A stretch of DNA of 64,000 nt from Callorhinchus milii (Eukaryota). The position numbers were made by a program, and so were the translations under genes. This document shows, in pieces, positions 12,861 to 24,317 of this stretch (the first letter of the stretch is position 1; every line of letters begins with the position of its first letter). Where the stretch lies: positions 9,052,001-9,116,000 of the forward strand of contig NW_024704764.1 in NCBI RefSeq assembly GCF_018977255.1, given 5' to 3'. The notes under the pieces are model-generated. The model saw only the letters and a program-made list of their open reading frames with translations. It was not told the DNA's origin and did not search any database.

Positions 12861-15800
12861 TTACAGGCCCTTGGCGTTGTGCGGAGAGGACACGAGGTGG
12901 GAGAGGCAGTAGGGGATGATGGCGGCCGAGGCCAGAGGCACAGCCGCGCTCTTGCAGAAGGAGAGGAGGTAGAAGGGCAGCTCGGCATGGGTGGGCGGCT
13001 TGACCGAGTCGAACAGGTGGAGGAGGAGGAGGGAGGCCCCGATGCAGCCCAGCCTGAAGGCCGGCTGACGCCCCCTCTTGCCCCCGCAGCTCTCTGCGTA
13101 CATGGGCGAGTTGAGGGCCAGACCGAGGCCGAAGAAGGCTCCCAGGTTCCTGACCAGCCCGGCGAAGGGCGTCGTGTCCATGTGGACCCACTCGTCCCTG
13201 GCGCACCAGCGCTTGGCCTTCTCCACTGACCACAGCAAGTCCACACCCAGCACCAGGAGCAGCAGGTAGAAGCCCAGAGCGAAGAAGAAGAGAAACAGGG
13301 TGACCTTCAGGTATCTGGCCAGCGTGGCGTTGTAGATCCCGTTGATGCGACCGAAAGCCTCGGCCACCACCATCCCTGAGCACAAAGGCAACAACAGCAA
13401 TGAGTCAATACATTATTAATAATAATAGTAATAATAATAATTAATAATCCCTGTATTTGATACAGCGCCGGCCTCATCGCGTCTTCGATAACGTCTAAAA
13501 AGCGCCCGACAGAGACCCGATTATCATTATTATTTTTTTTAATAAAGAGAGATCATTTGCCCCGGAATCGCGATCCGCCAGTCGACTGACGACCGACCGG
13601 TGAACGGAGGCACTCGGAGCGAGGAAACGTGCCCAACGTTCGGGAATCGAACCCGGGATCCTCTCGTTTGGGCTCCAAACAACTACAAGCCCCCCCCCCT
13701 CACCCCCACCCCCCACCACCCCTCGGGTTTGACGCAACACACGGCGTCTTTCATGTCGGCTCTTGTGAGTTTTGTGGGTGAACGGGGTAATGGAGCGAGC
13801 CCTGGGTGGGGGGTGCAGGGGGCGGGGAGGGAGGGAGAGAGAGAGGGAGGGGGGGGGGGGTTTGGGCTTAGGCACTGACCTGAGATGACCCCCATGAAGA
13901 CCTGATGGGGAAAGTGAGTGGCCACAAAGACCCTGGAGGCACAGACGCTGATCTGCATGATCCAAAAGGCTCCCCACAGCCCCGCTCGCAGGAACCTGTC
14001 ACACACAGAGCAGCACAAGGTTACCCCCACCACTTCCATGTCGCTCACCCCTAAAGCTCGAGGCCTGACAATCCGCCCCGAATAGGGACTCCGCCCGTTA
14101 CACCCAGTTTACATCCGGACCAAACCCGGAGCCGAAAGCTCCTCTCCCGGAGGAGAGATTGTAGGCACAGGAGGATGCCGTTCAGCCCCTGAAGCCTGTT
14201 CCACCGGTTTATTGGACCCCGGCAAATCCTTCCATCCCCGTTTACTGTCTTTTCTGTAAATCCCTTATAATCCATAATCTCCAAATAGGTGTGTATCTTT
14301 TCATCCCTTTATTCTTCCCTCCCTCCCTCTCTCTCTCCCTCCCCCTCTCCCTCCCCCTCTCCCTCCCCTCAACAACAGCAACAAGATTTCATTTATAAAG
14401 CGCCTTTCACGTCGGGAGGACGTCCCAAGGCGCTGTACAGTTGGGTCGGGACCCGAGCATTGGGGGGGAAATGGTCAGGGTGAGGGGAGGGAGGGAGCGA
14501 GGAAGGGGTAGAGAGTCGAGAGGGGAGCTGAAGGCACCGTCAAAGAGAAAGGTCTTGAGACCGGCCTTGAAGGAGGAAAGGGAGGAGGCGGCGAAGGCAC
14601 TGAGGGATGGAGTTCCAGAGCCTCGGGGCTGAGAGGCTGAAGGCCACCGATGGTAGGGCGGTTGGGGCGGGGGATGTGGAGCAGACCGGAGCCAGAGGAA
14701 CGGAGGGTACAGGCAGGTAGGTAGGGGGATGGTAGGTTAGAGAGGTAGGAGGGAGCGAGGCCGTGAATGGCCTTGTAGGTGAGGATGAGGATCTTGAATT
14801 TGATCCTCTGGGGGATGGGGAGCCAGTGGAGGGGNGTGAGGGCGAGGGTGGGAGTGATGTGGTCGCGGTGTCTGGTGCGGGACAGCACACGAGCTGCAGA
14901 GTTCTGAATGACCTGCAGTGTGGAGGGAGGGCCGGGAAGGCCGGCGAGGAGAGAGTTCCCATAGTCCGGCCTTGAGGTGACAAAGGCGTGGACCAGAGTT
15001 TCAGCCGCGTGAGGGGTGAGGTAGTGCCGTAGTCTGGCGATATTCCGGAGGTGATGGAAGGCGGTGCCGGTTGTGGTGCGGATATGAGGGAGAAAGGACA
15101 GCTCAGGGTCGGACAGAACCCCGAGGTTCCTGATGGCTTTGAGAGGTGGAGAGTGCGGCCTTGGATGCTGACGCTGTCAGCGCCTGAGGTGCGGAGGCGC
15201 TGACGCGAGCCAATCAGGAGGGCCCTCCCTCCCTCCATCCATCCCTCCGACCATTCATCCCTCCGTTCTCCTGAACGGTTGGTGCTCTCACGCGGCGAAG
15301 TGACCGTTCACAGGGAGCAGGACACTGACCAGCTCTGGATGCGATGCTCCTTGTTGCGGAGGGCAAAGGTCAGGACCGCTGTCACCATCACGTACCAGAT
15401 GCCCGCTGACCCCATAGCGTGACCCGAGGGGCTTCCTGTAACACGGGCGCGGCGTCAGGTCAACAACAACAACAACAACGACACCAACAACAACGACGTA
15501 CATGTTTTTGCACGGCTTTACACAGCGCCTTCCCAGTCGGAAGGACGTCCCAAGGCACTGGACAGCGAGGGACTCGGACCCGACCAGGGCAATATAATAG
15601 TTGTAATGATCCTTGCGTTTAATAGCGCGCCTTCTCACGTCTTCGCAGGACACACTGCCGTAAAGTGAACCGACGCGGGCGCAGTTTGTGGGCGAAACCC
15701 GGCAGCCAATCGTCCCCCGCAAACCGCCGCAGATTCAGCGACCAAATTATTACTATATTAATCAAAGGATTATTACCTCCGCCACCCCCCCCCCCCGAAC

Positions 15801-16205
15801 CGTGATCAGGAAGGAAGAGGGTGGGGGAGGCAGGGAGGGTGGGGGTGGGGGGGGGGTGGGGTAGGAGAGTAGGGTCTTGAGGTACGCCAACAACAACAAT
15901 ACAGTGCCTTTCACACAGGGCAGCGTCTCGGAGCGCTTAAACCACGAGAGCCAAACCCAACCCAGATTTCCTGCCGGTCACGACCCTCCTGGTCTCCGAG
16001 CTCAGGTACCTACCTGGTCCTGTCTCGCAGGTGATGGGAAATTGCTCCAGGTCAGGTACGGGGGAGCCCGCGTAGTAAGAGGTTTCGTGCACCCACCAGT
16101 AGGGTCTCTGTCCGAACAGAATCCTGCACAGAACAACCCCAAAGGGCAGGTCATTGTCACAGCATTGATCGCTCTGTGTGTGGGTACGCGTGTGCGTGTG
16201 TGTGT

Positions 16206-16244
<39 letters not shown>

Positions 16245-17618
16245 TGTCAGTGTGTTTAGGATCATCTAATACTAATGATGATATAATATTCCTGCCTATT
16301 AATGCCAGGTATGTGACTGAGAGACAGCATCAGAGCTCTTGTTGAATAATAATAATAATCCTTGCATTTGATATAGCATGTTATCTATATATGTGTGTGT
16401 GTGTATTACATATAATATTATTATTATATACGCCATTGAGGTGAGATAAGGCGCTATGCCAAATGCAAGGATTATTATTAATTATTATTAAAATCCTTTA
16501 AAGAGCTTTCAGATGTCCTAAACATTATAGGCAGGATTATTATTATTATTATTATCATTATTATTATTATTATTATATTGCTATAAATCGCTGATGATAA
16601 ACCTTGTGAAAGGAGGTAAAAGTTGTGGACGGTGTTTTAACCTATTGTGCTAATCCTGCACTGAACTNNNNNNNNNNNNNNNNNNNNNNNNNNNNNNNNN
16701 NNNNNNNNNNNNNNNNNNNNNNNNNNNNNNNNNNNNNNNNNNNNNNNNNNNNNNNNNNNNNNNNNNNNNNNNNNNNNNNNNNNNNNNNNNNNNNNNNNNN
16801 NNNNNNNNNNNNNNNNNNNNNNNNNNNNNNNNNNNNNNNNNNNNNNNNNNNNNNNNNNNNNNNCAAATGGACCCATCAGTCAACGACATTGTGGCTGTTA
16901 ACTCGGAAACGACGCTGGATCCATTGGGTCAGAAGCCAATGGTCTCCAGCACAGGGCTCCTCACGACTGCGGCATATCAGGGGTTAAAGAAAGCACTAGT
17001 GTGAGGGGAGGGGGGGAGCGGGGGAGGGGGGGGGTTGGGGGAGGGTGGGGTGGGATCGGGGGGGAGGGGTGCAGAGAGTCAGTGAGATGTGTCCGAGGGA
17101 TTGACGACACCGCATGTGTGAAACGCACACGTTTGGTCAAAAATAACTCAACTCGCACCCAACCTTTCGAAGCGCTTCACGGGATACACTGTCGAGTGTA
17201 GTGACCGCGCGTTTGGTGGGCGAAACCCGGCAGCCGATGGCGCCCGGCGGCGTCCCGGTGGATGGAGTCGTCGCCGTGCGCGCCTTGGCTGTTTTGCGTG
17301 GACCTGTCCCCCATCCCACGTCTCCCCCCCCCCCTCCATCGCAGACTGTCAACCATTAGACAGATCGGACACCGGTTGGGAAACTCACCATTTGAAGATG
17401 AGGTTGAGCCAGTCCCCGATCACGGCCACCCAGATCAGCTTGACCCCCACGGCCTCGCACACGTGGAACCAGATGGGGAAGAAAACGAAGAAGGTGTTCC
17501 TCAGGTCAGCCACGAACGAGATGAAGGTGAACCAGCCCTGAGAATCCTTGTAGTTCACCTGTAGATACTGCACCAAGTCCACCCCAGAGCTGTGTAGCAG
17601 GTCCATTCCAGCGTCCAT
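12861..17618 (-). CDS. G6PC1: Glucose-6-phosphatase catalytic subunit 1, 5 exons, 358 aa
   Basis: Exons 17618-17389 (230 nt), 16123-16014 (110), 15435-15330 (106), 13995-13880 (116), 13375-12861 (515). PAP2 motifs KWILFGQRP, PSGH and [12 protein letters not shown] are intact. Exon sizes match vertebrate G6PC1 and the position is syntenic with AOC and AARSD1. Confidence 0.95.
14370..15240 (-). mobile_element. L2-clade LINE 3' fragment
   Basis: [37 protein letters not shown] and APRLWNSIP; tail cagcgccttgggacgtcctcccgacgtgaaaggcgct followed by (GTT)n. Confidence 0.9.
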
Positions 17619-17639
17619 CTACACCGAGGTAGGTCTCCC

Positions 17640-17950
17640 CCTCTCTCTGTGTGTGTGTGTGTGTGTGTGTCTCTCTCTCTGTCTCTGTCTCGCTGTGATG
17701 TTCTCCTCTGTCTGTCTGTCTCTCTCTGTCTCCCTGTGTCTGTCTCTGTCTCTCCTTCTCCGCGTCTGTCTCCGTCTGTCTCTATCCGCCTCTCGCTCTG
17801 TCTCTGTCTCTCTCCGCGCGTCTGTCTCCGTCTGTCTCTATCCGCCTCTCGCTCTGTCTCTGTCTCTCTCTCCGCGTCTGTCTCCGTCTGTCTCTATCTG
17901 TCACTCGCTCTGCCTCTGTCCCTCTCGTCTCCTCTCCTCTCCTCGCTGTG
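17640..17950. repeat. GT/CT-rich simple repeat between the G6PC1 TATA box and ATG
   Basis: Seen directly. Confidence 0.9.
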
Positions 17951-17985
17951 TGTTTCCTACTCTTGCCTCGAGCTCTCCGGGTCCG

Positions 17986-18180
17986 TTATATACCCTCACA
18001 GGCAACAGACACCTGCGCAAACCGTGATCTTTGGACTGAGCAAACTTGACTGAGAAAAAAAAAAAAAAAACACGTGCAAAGCACATTACGCCAACTGACG
18101 CAGCTTTGATGGAATCCTCCTACGACTGACAAGAAAACAAACGGAATCACTCCATCTATTGATCGGGTTAATAAAAACAG
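17986..18180 (-). promoter_or_regulatory. G6PC1 proximal promoter: TATA, HNF4-type, ONECUT/HNF6-type and HNF1-like sites
   Basis: Minus strand: TATATAA at 17992-17986, CAGTCCAAAGATCA at 18038-18025, GATCAATA at 18164-18157. HNF1-like GTTAATAAAAAC at about 18167-18178 (+). Confidence 0.7.
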
Positions 18181-21100
18181 CCGTAACATCGTCAGACAAA
18201 GTTCCTGACTACACCGGGTTACAAAATCTGCTTCTGTGCGTTTTTGTTTTTCCGCTTTTCTCAGCGCCTGCGAGTGTGTGTGTGTTTGCAATGCGGTTTC
18301 TTTTGTTGTTGTTGCTGTTGTTTAAACGCCCCCCACCCTCCCCGCCCTCTAACGAGGTTATTTCGGCGAAAGGTTAAATTGCTTTTCGTCTTTAATCAGA
18401 GCACCACTTTGTCTCGGGGGCTGTGATGAGAGAAGACGATCGGTCGGCGATTCCCGGCCGGAGATGTTTTAGTTTTGCTGCCTCTTTCGGCTTTGTTTAT
18501 TCATCATTTTTGTTATCGGTGTTTTCGAGTGAGTGTTAATTAAGAGCTTGTGAAACTCTGTAACTCAGTTACTCGGGACAGGAAAATCAACAGCTCAAAC
18601 TTGTAAACACTCTGTTGTTGCCTTATGTTACCCCCAGAGTTGTTGACGGGGTGTGGGGGTGTGGGGGTGGGGGGGGGGGTGGGGGAGCTTTGCTGCAGCA
18701 AAGTAATAAAGTAAAAGTCATAACCCCTTAAAAAATATTATGATGATAGCAATAACAGTAATTCGGGCACTCAATCCACGAGCGTTCGTGGGGGGGACTC
18801 CGCTGTGCGCCGTCGGCTGCCGCGCTTCGCCCACGAAATGCGCAGTCACCGCGCTTTACGGTGTATCCCGTGAAGCGCTTCGAGGCGTTTCGACCACGAC
18901 GTGATGAGGAGCTGTGTCAAACGCCATTCGGTTCTCCCCCACTCGCCCCCCCACCCCCCACCCCCCACCCCACCCCGACGTTGGGCGCTGTGAGAAAACA
19001 TCGTCACCGTTACAGGAAAACTTAAACTGCAGACGGTTTCTAACGTTGAAGCCGAGGAGAGGCTAAAGTCCAGGGAAAGGCTGCACGTGCTGCATTCATG
19101 GGCCCGAGTGACTGAGCGCCTGGTTTTTAATCGCTTTAATAATTATGACGGCCTTTTTTACAGCCACGGGATTCCCTTCATCGACCCACGTGCCCGACAG
19201 CGAGACACAGCCCGGACTAACGGACACATCTCTCTCTCTCTCCCTCTCTCTCTCTCTCTCTGCAGCCTTTAACAGATCATGACAACATGCCGCCTCGGCG
19301 CGCCCTTCGAGACGTCTCAAAGCACTTCACGGGGTACAACGTAAAGCGTAGTGACTGTGTGTGTTTGTGGGTGAAACGGGGCAGTTTCACTTGCGCGCGG
19401 CCGGTTGAATAGCCGCCGCTGTTAATCGCTCCGGGAACCCTCGTCCCCTTCCCGCGTGAAGTTGTGGTGGTGGTGTTGGAGCAGCGAATAACGCGCGGGG
19501 TTAAAACTAAGGGTCCGTCACCGAGCGATGACCGGAGGAGAGGAGAGGCGAAGGCGGGGACACAGGAGGGTACCTGGGGTGGGGGGGGGGTCGGGGTCGA
19601 ATGGTCTGGAGCCTCAAACCCAGTTAACGTTTAATAAACCTCCTTTGCGGAGAGACTTCTAATGGATAACCAGAGAGAGAAAAACAGACACCGACTCGGG
19701 GCGGTGGGGGGAGGCGGTGGGGGGGGGTGGGGGGAGGGGAGGTGGGTGGGGGGGTGTGGGGGGGAATGCGGAGGGGAGGAAAGTGACTCGGGGCGTTTTA
19801 GCGACGATGCAGCAGAAAATGATTTAGCCGTTCAGTTTATCTGTCAGACGCTGAGCTCTCTCTTTCTCTCTCTCTCTCTCTCGGCCAACGATTCACCTTC
19901 TAAAATCAGTCGTCCGCTTCGAGGCTGGGGGTGGGGTCGTGGGGACGTGGCTGGGAGCGAATTGGCTGCCGGGTTTCGCCCACAAAATACACAGTCACTA
20001 CGCTTCGCAGAAGCGCTTTGAGACGCCCTCCCAACCGGAAAGGCACCCGCATCAAATGTAAGGGGATCGCTCTCATCATCATTATTATTATTATTATTAT
20101 ATTCTTTATGATAAAAAGAAAATTATCCCTTCAAAATAATAATAATAATAATAATAATTTGGTCGCTCGAACCACGACTGTTTCGCTGCTCCGCGCGATT
20201 GGCTGCCGCGCTTCGACCCACAAAATACACAGTCAATTCCCTTCACCGTGTATTCCGTGAAGCGTTCGAAGACGCGATGAGGAGCTGTATCGAAAGCAAG
20301 GACTTATTATTATTATTATTATTATTAAATCAGAGAGCGCGAGAGCGAGAGAGAGAGCGAGAGCTGCGGGGCCCGAGGGAGGGGGGAGAGCAATTATTGC
20401 CGCTTACCGGGTGTACGTTGGGAATAACAGTGAGTGGATTCCGCCCCAGGTTACAGCAGAATAATTGCCCCCGCGCGCCCCGACTGGAGCGGGACATCTC
20501 CGGCTCCCTGTCCCCGGGGCTGTGCGGGACACAGACGCGGCCCTGTGCCGGCCACGGCATTGACCTGGTTTTTCTCGCTGGGTTTTGAGACGAGGCTCGA
20601 GCTGATAACGGAAACAGTGAGAAGCTCTCGTCCGCGGAATAAACCCTGAGTTGGCCGGGGAGAGGGTTGGTGGGGGGAGGGGGAGGTTTGGGGTGGGGGG
20701 GGGGGGGAAATAAACAAACAAACAAACAAACAAACAAATAAATAACGTAATCATTAAGTAATATTTGTGGTCACTCAGTCCGCGACAGTTTGTGGGGACG
20801 CTGCCGGGTTTCGCCCGCCCACAAAGACACGCAGCCGCTCCCCGTCGCAGCGTATCCCGTGAGGCGCTTTGAGACGTCTCGGAGACGTGATGAGGCGCTG
20901 CATCGAAGGCCGGGATTGCTATTGTTATTATTATTATTATCATTATATAACCACAGCAAAAAATGACATTTGTACAGCGCGATTCAAGGCTCTGGACTCA
21001 GACGTCTCAAAGTGCCTTCGCAGAATATACCGTAAAGTGGAGTGACTGTGCATTTCGTGGCAGCCAATTGCGCACGGCAGCGTCCCTCGAACCCCCGTGG

Positions 21101-23334
21101 ATTGAGTGACCCGTTATTTTTTTTCTTTCTCGGGAGGGATTATTTCCCAGGGCGAGCGATCTCTCCAATCGTCTGACACACAGGGCAGTGACGTGACTGG
21201 GGGGGCCAGCGGGAGCCAGTTAGGGAACATGGCTGCGTCTTGTCACAAACCCCGGCCTTGTGGGGTCAGGACGTGCGTTAGGATTTCGCTCTCGGTCCGT
21301 CCCAGTGACGTGGTTTGACGGAGGAGGGCGATGACTCCGTTCGGACCCCGGGGTTTGCTCAGAGATTACCGATCGTTGGTTGCAAACAGCCCAGATAACG
21401 CCAGGCAGCAAAACAGCCGTGGCCTCACACACACTAACCCCTGAGCTCCCGAGACAGCCATCGCCAACTGCTCACAGGACACCGACCGCAGAGAGGCCGA
21501 GAGACACGGTGAAGTGCGGAGAGCGAGCACCGGGCCGGACCCCGGCTTCTACAGGGGGATTTACAAGGCCCACCCCCCCCCCACCCAGGGATGGTTCACC
21601 ATCATCTCCCATCAACCTCCGACTTCCCTCTTTCCGCTCTGTGCAGCAACAGCACTAATTATAATAACAAATCCTCGCATTGGACACGTCTTCGAGACGT
21701 CTCAAAGCGCTTCACAGGATACACTGTAAAGTGGAGTGACTGTGTTACGTGCGGAGGGGGGGGTGGGGTGGGGAGATCAACAACAAATGACATTTACAAA
21801 GCGCCGGGACAGTCAAGGGTTGGGACCAAAGCTCGGGGTTGGGATCAGGAGGGGCGGAGGGCAAGTGGGAGTGGGAGGACGACCAAAGTCGCGACCAAAG
21901 TGAAAGGTCTTGAGATGGGCCTTAAACCCAGACCTGATACACGTTCTGGCCCCCAACCCACCATAGGTGACCGAGCCTTGTCTCATGTCGCCACCCCCAC
22001 CCCCCACCTCCTTCACCCCTCCCTCCCATCTTGCAATTGTTCTTGTTATTTTGGTGAAATTCACAGATTACGGGCGGGAGGTTAATGTGTGACAAACTAA
22101 TCATGTTTACGTCTGTGGCCATGTGTATTCCCAAGGTGTGTGGGGGGAGGGGGTGGGGTGGGTGGGGGGTGGGGGAGACAGAGACTGCGGGAGAGGGGAG
22201 AGGGGAGATTTAATATGGGACCGTAGGAATTTACAGCACAGAAGGAGGCCGTTCGGCCCATCGGGTCTTGTGTCGCTCCCTCGAGAGCAATGCTTTCCCC
22301 GAACTCCGAATTTCTCTCCCACTGGATCCTGAGTGTCCACCTTTAACAACGGGAGAGGGAACTGGAGGGAGGACAGGGGTGGTGGGGGGTGGGGGGTGGG
22401 GAAGGGAGGTTCCAGAGGCGGAACGGGCTTGAGGGGCTGAATGGCCTCCTCCAGTTCCTATATATATATGTGTGTGTGTGTGGCAGGGGGTGAGTGGGTG
22501 TGCGGAGCTTGAGACGGGAGGTTTTAGCCACAATCAGACAATGTGGCTGATCATTAACTGAAGTGGGGGGGAAGAGAGGTCAACATCAGGAGGGGGAATG
22601 GGGGGGTAAGACGCGATGTCAGGAGACGTGATAAGAAGGGGTATTTAATTTAGTTTGGCGCTGTGGTCACACACTCACTGATAGGCTGTTCCAGAGTAGG
22701 GGTGTTTACGGTGCGGAGGGTGGGATGGGGGGTGGGGGGGGGGGTGGGTGGGGGTGGGGGCACAGGTCGTAGGTCAATTCCTGTGTAAGGTACAAATGTT
22801 ATTTATTAACCCTGGTGTTTGCTGTCTCCTCTCCCCGTCCACCCCTCTCCCTCGTTTGCATTTGACAGAAGGTCACGTTATTGACCCAAACTCTTAGGCG
22901 TTGGGGGCAACGTCTAAGAACCCCCCCACCCTCCCCCCCCACCAGCGTTGAGCGTCAGCCCGGATTGTGAGCCCGTAAGCCCTCCCCGACGAATCGGTTG
23001 ACCCCCCGACGAGAGAGGGAGAGGGAGCGAGAGCGAGCGCGGGTGGAACCCAAGCGGTCAGTTCAGTTCAATGAGTTTGAGGTCTGGACACTGAGACACT
23101 CGCTGCAGAGTCCGTGACTGGTGCCATCTTCTGGCCATCAGAGTGACTGCTACCACTTGCTCAACTGTTGGCGGAACACGAAACCGAGCTCAGGGGGTGG
23201 GGTGGGGGGGGGGGGGGGGGGGGGGAGAGGGGAGTCGGTTCGCGGCCGGAGAGTAAGGTCTTCACGTCCGATCCGATGGCTGGTAAAGAGGGGCGAGGAG
23301 GGTAAGTATCGCCCGGTTTAACCAGCTTTTTGAC

Positions 23335-23760
23335 AGCGAGAATAATCCTTACATTTGGGCACAGCGCCTCATCACGTCCCGGAGATGCAACGGATGCGCT
23401 GTAAAGCGCAGCGACCGCGTATTTTGTGGGCGAAACACGGCAGCCAATTGCGCCCGGCGGTGTTGTCCACCACAAGCGGCCGTGGATTGAGTGACCGATT
23501 TTTTTTTTAAGGGGAAGGGATTATTACCCCCAGAAAGCGATACTCGAAATCCACTAACAACCGGGGTTCCTACTTACTACCGGGTAAACAGAGGCGCGCG
23601 CGTGAGTGCGTGCGTGTGTGTGTGTGTGCGTGTGCACGTGTGTGCGCGTGTGTGGAGGAAGGAAGGAAACTTGCCGAAGGTTTTCGCCCAACACCCGGGG
23701 ATCGAACCCGGGTCCTCCCGCCTGCGAGGCGAGGGCTCGAACCACCGTGTTCAAACCCCG
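23335..23760 (-). mobile_element. tRNA-derived SINE, same family
   Basis: B box gggttcgatccc with the same body and tail. Further copies at about 5590-5765, 6435-6610, 9900-10060, 10615-10760, 26285-26640, 32190-32400, 38700-38890, 54870-55140, 60820-61010, 62680-62815 and 63123-63280. Confidence 0.85.
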
Positions 23761-24317
23761 GTGCTGAAAAGGGCACGTGGGACCCGTGGGGGGTGGGTGG
23801 GGGGGGTGGGGGGGGGGGGGAAAGGAACACAGAGAGCCCCTCACTCAGGAGAAAAGTCAAACCGAACTTTAATTTCACAACAATTTTAACCAGATCTGAC
23901 GACACAGTAAACACGCGTCGGAAAGTACGACGGCGGCTAAAAATAACAGCGTTAAAAGTAGAGAAAATAATAAATATCCTGTCAACGTGTAAAAGCCTGA
24001 CGTTGACCACACTGTGAAGGGAGCAGAGCATTAAACGACGATAACAACAGCGGCAGCAATAAACAGAAGAGGTCGTACAAGCGGGTTGATACGCGCACGG
24101 GGTTGGGCTAAAATGCGGGTTGGGCTAACCGTGGGTAAATCAGGCGCGGCTGGCCCTCAAGTCAGTATTGAAGCGTGAGCAGTTTCAGTGGAATCACCCG
24201 TCATGTCTTTAACGCTCACTAGGGGAGGCTGCATGGGTTAGGACGTGGGCTATTTAGCCCAGATTGCACGTTAACCTGTTTTACAGTGTGTGTCTGTCTG
24301 TCTGTCTGTTCCGGACT

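Noticed and set aside
12415-13269. Plus-strand ORFs of 63-201 aa overlapping G6PC1
   Set aside because: Antisense shadows of a GC-rich exon and 3'UTR.
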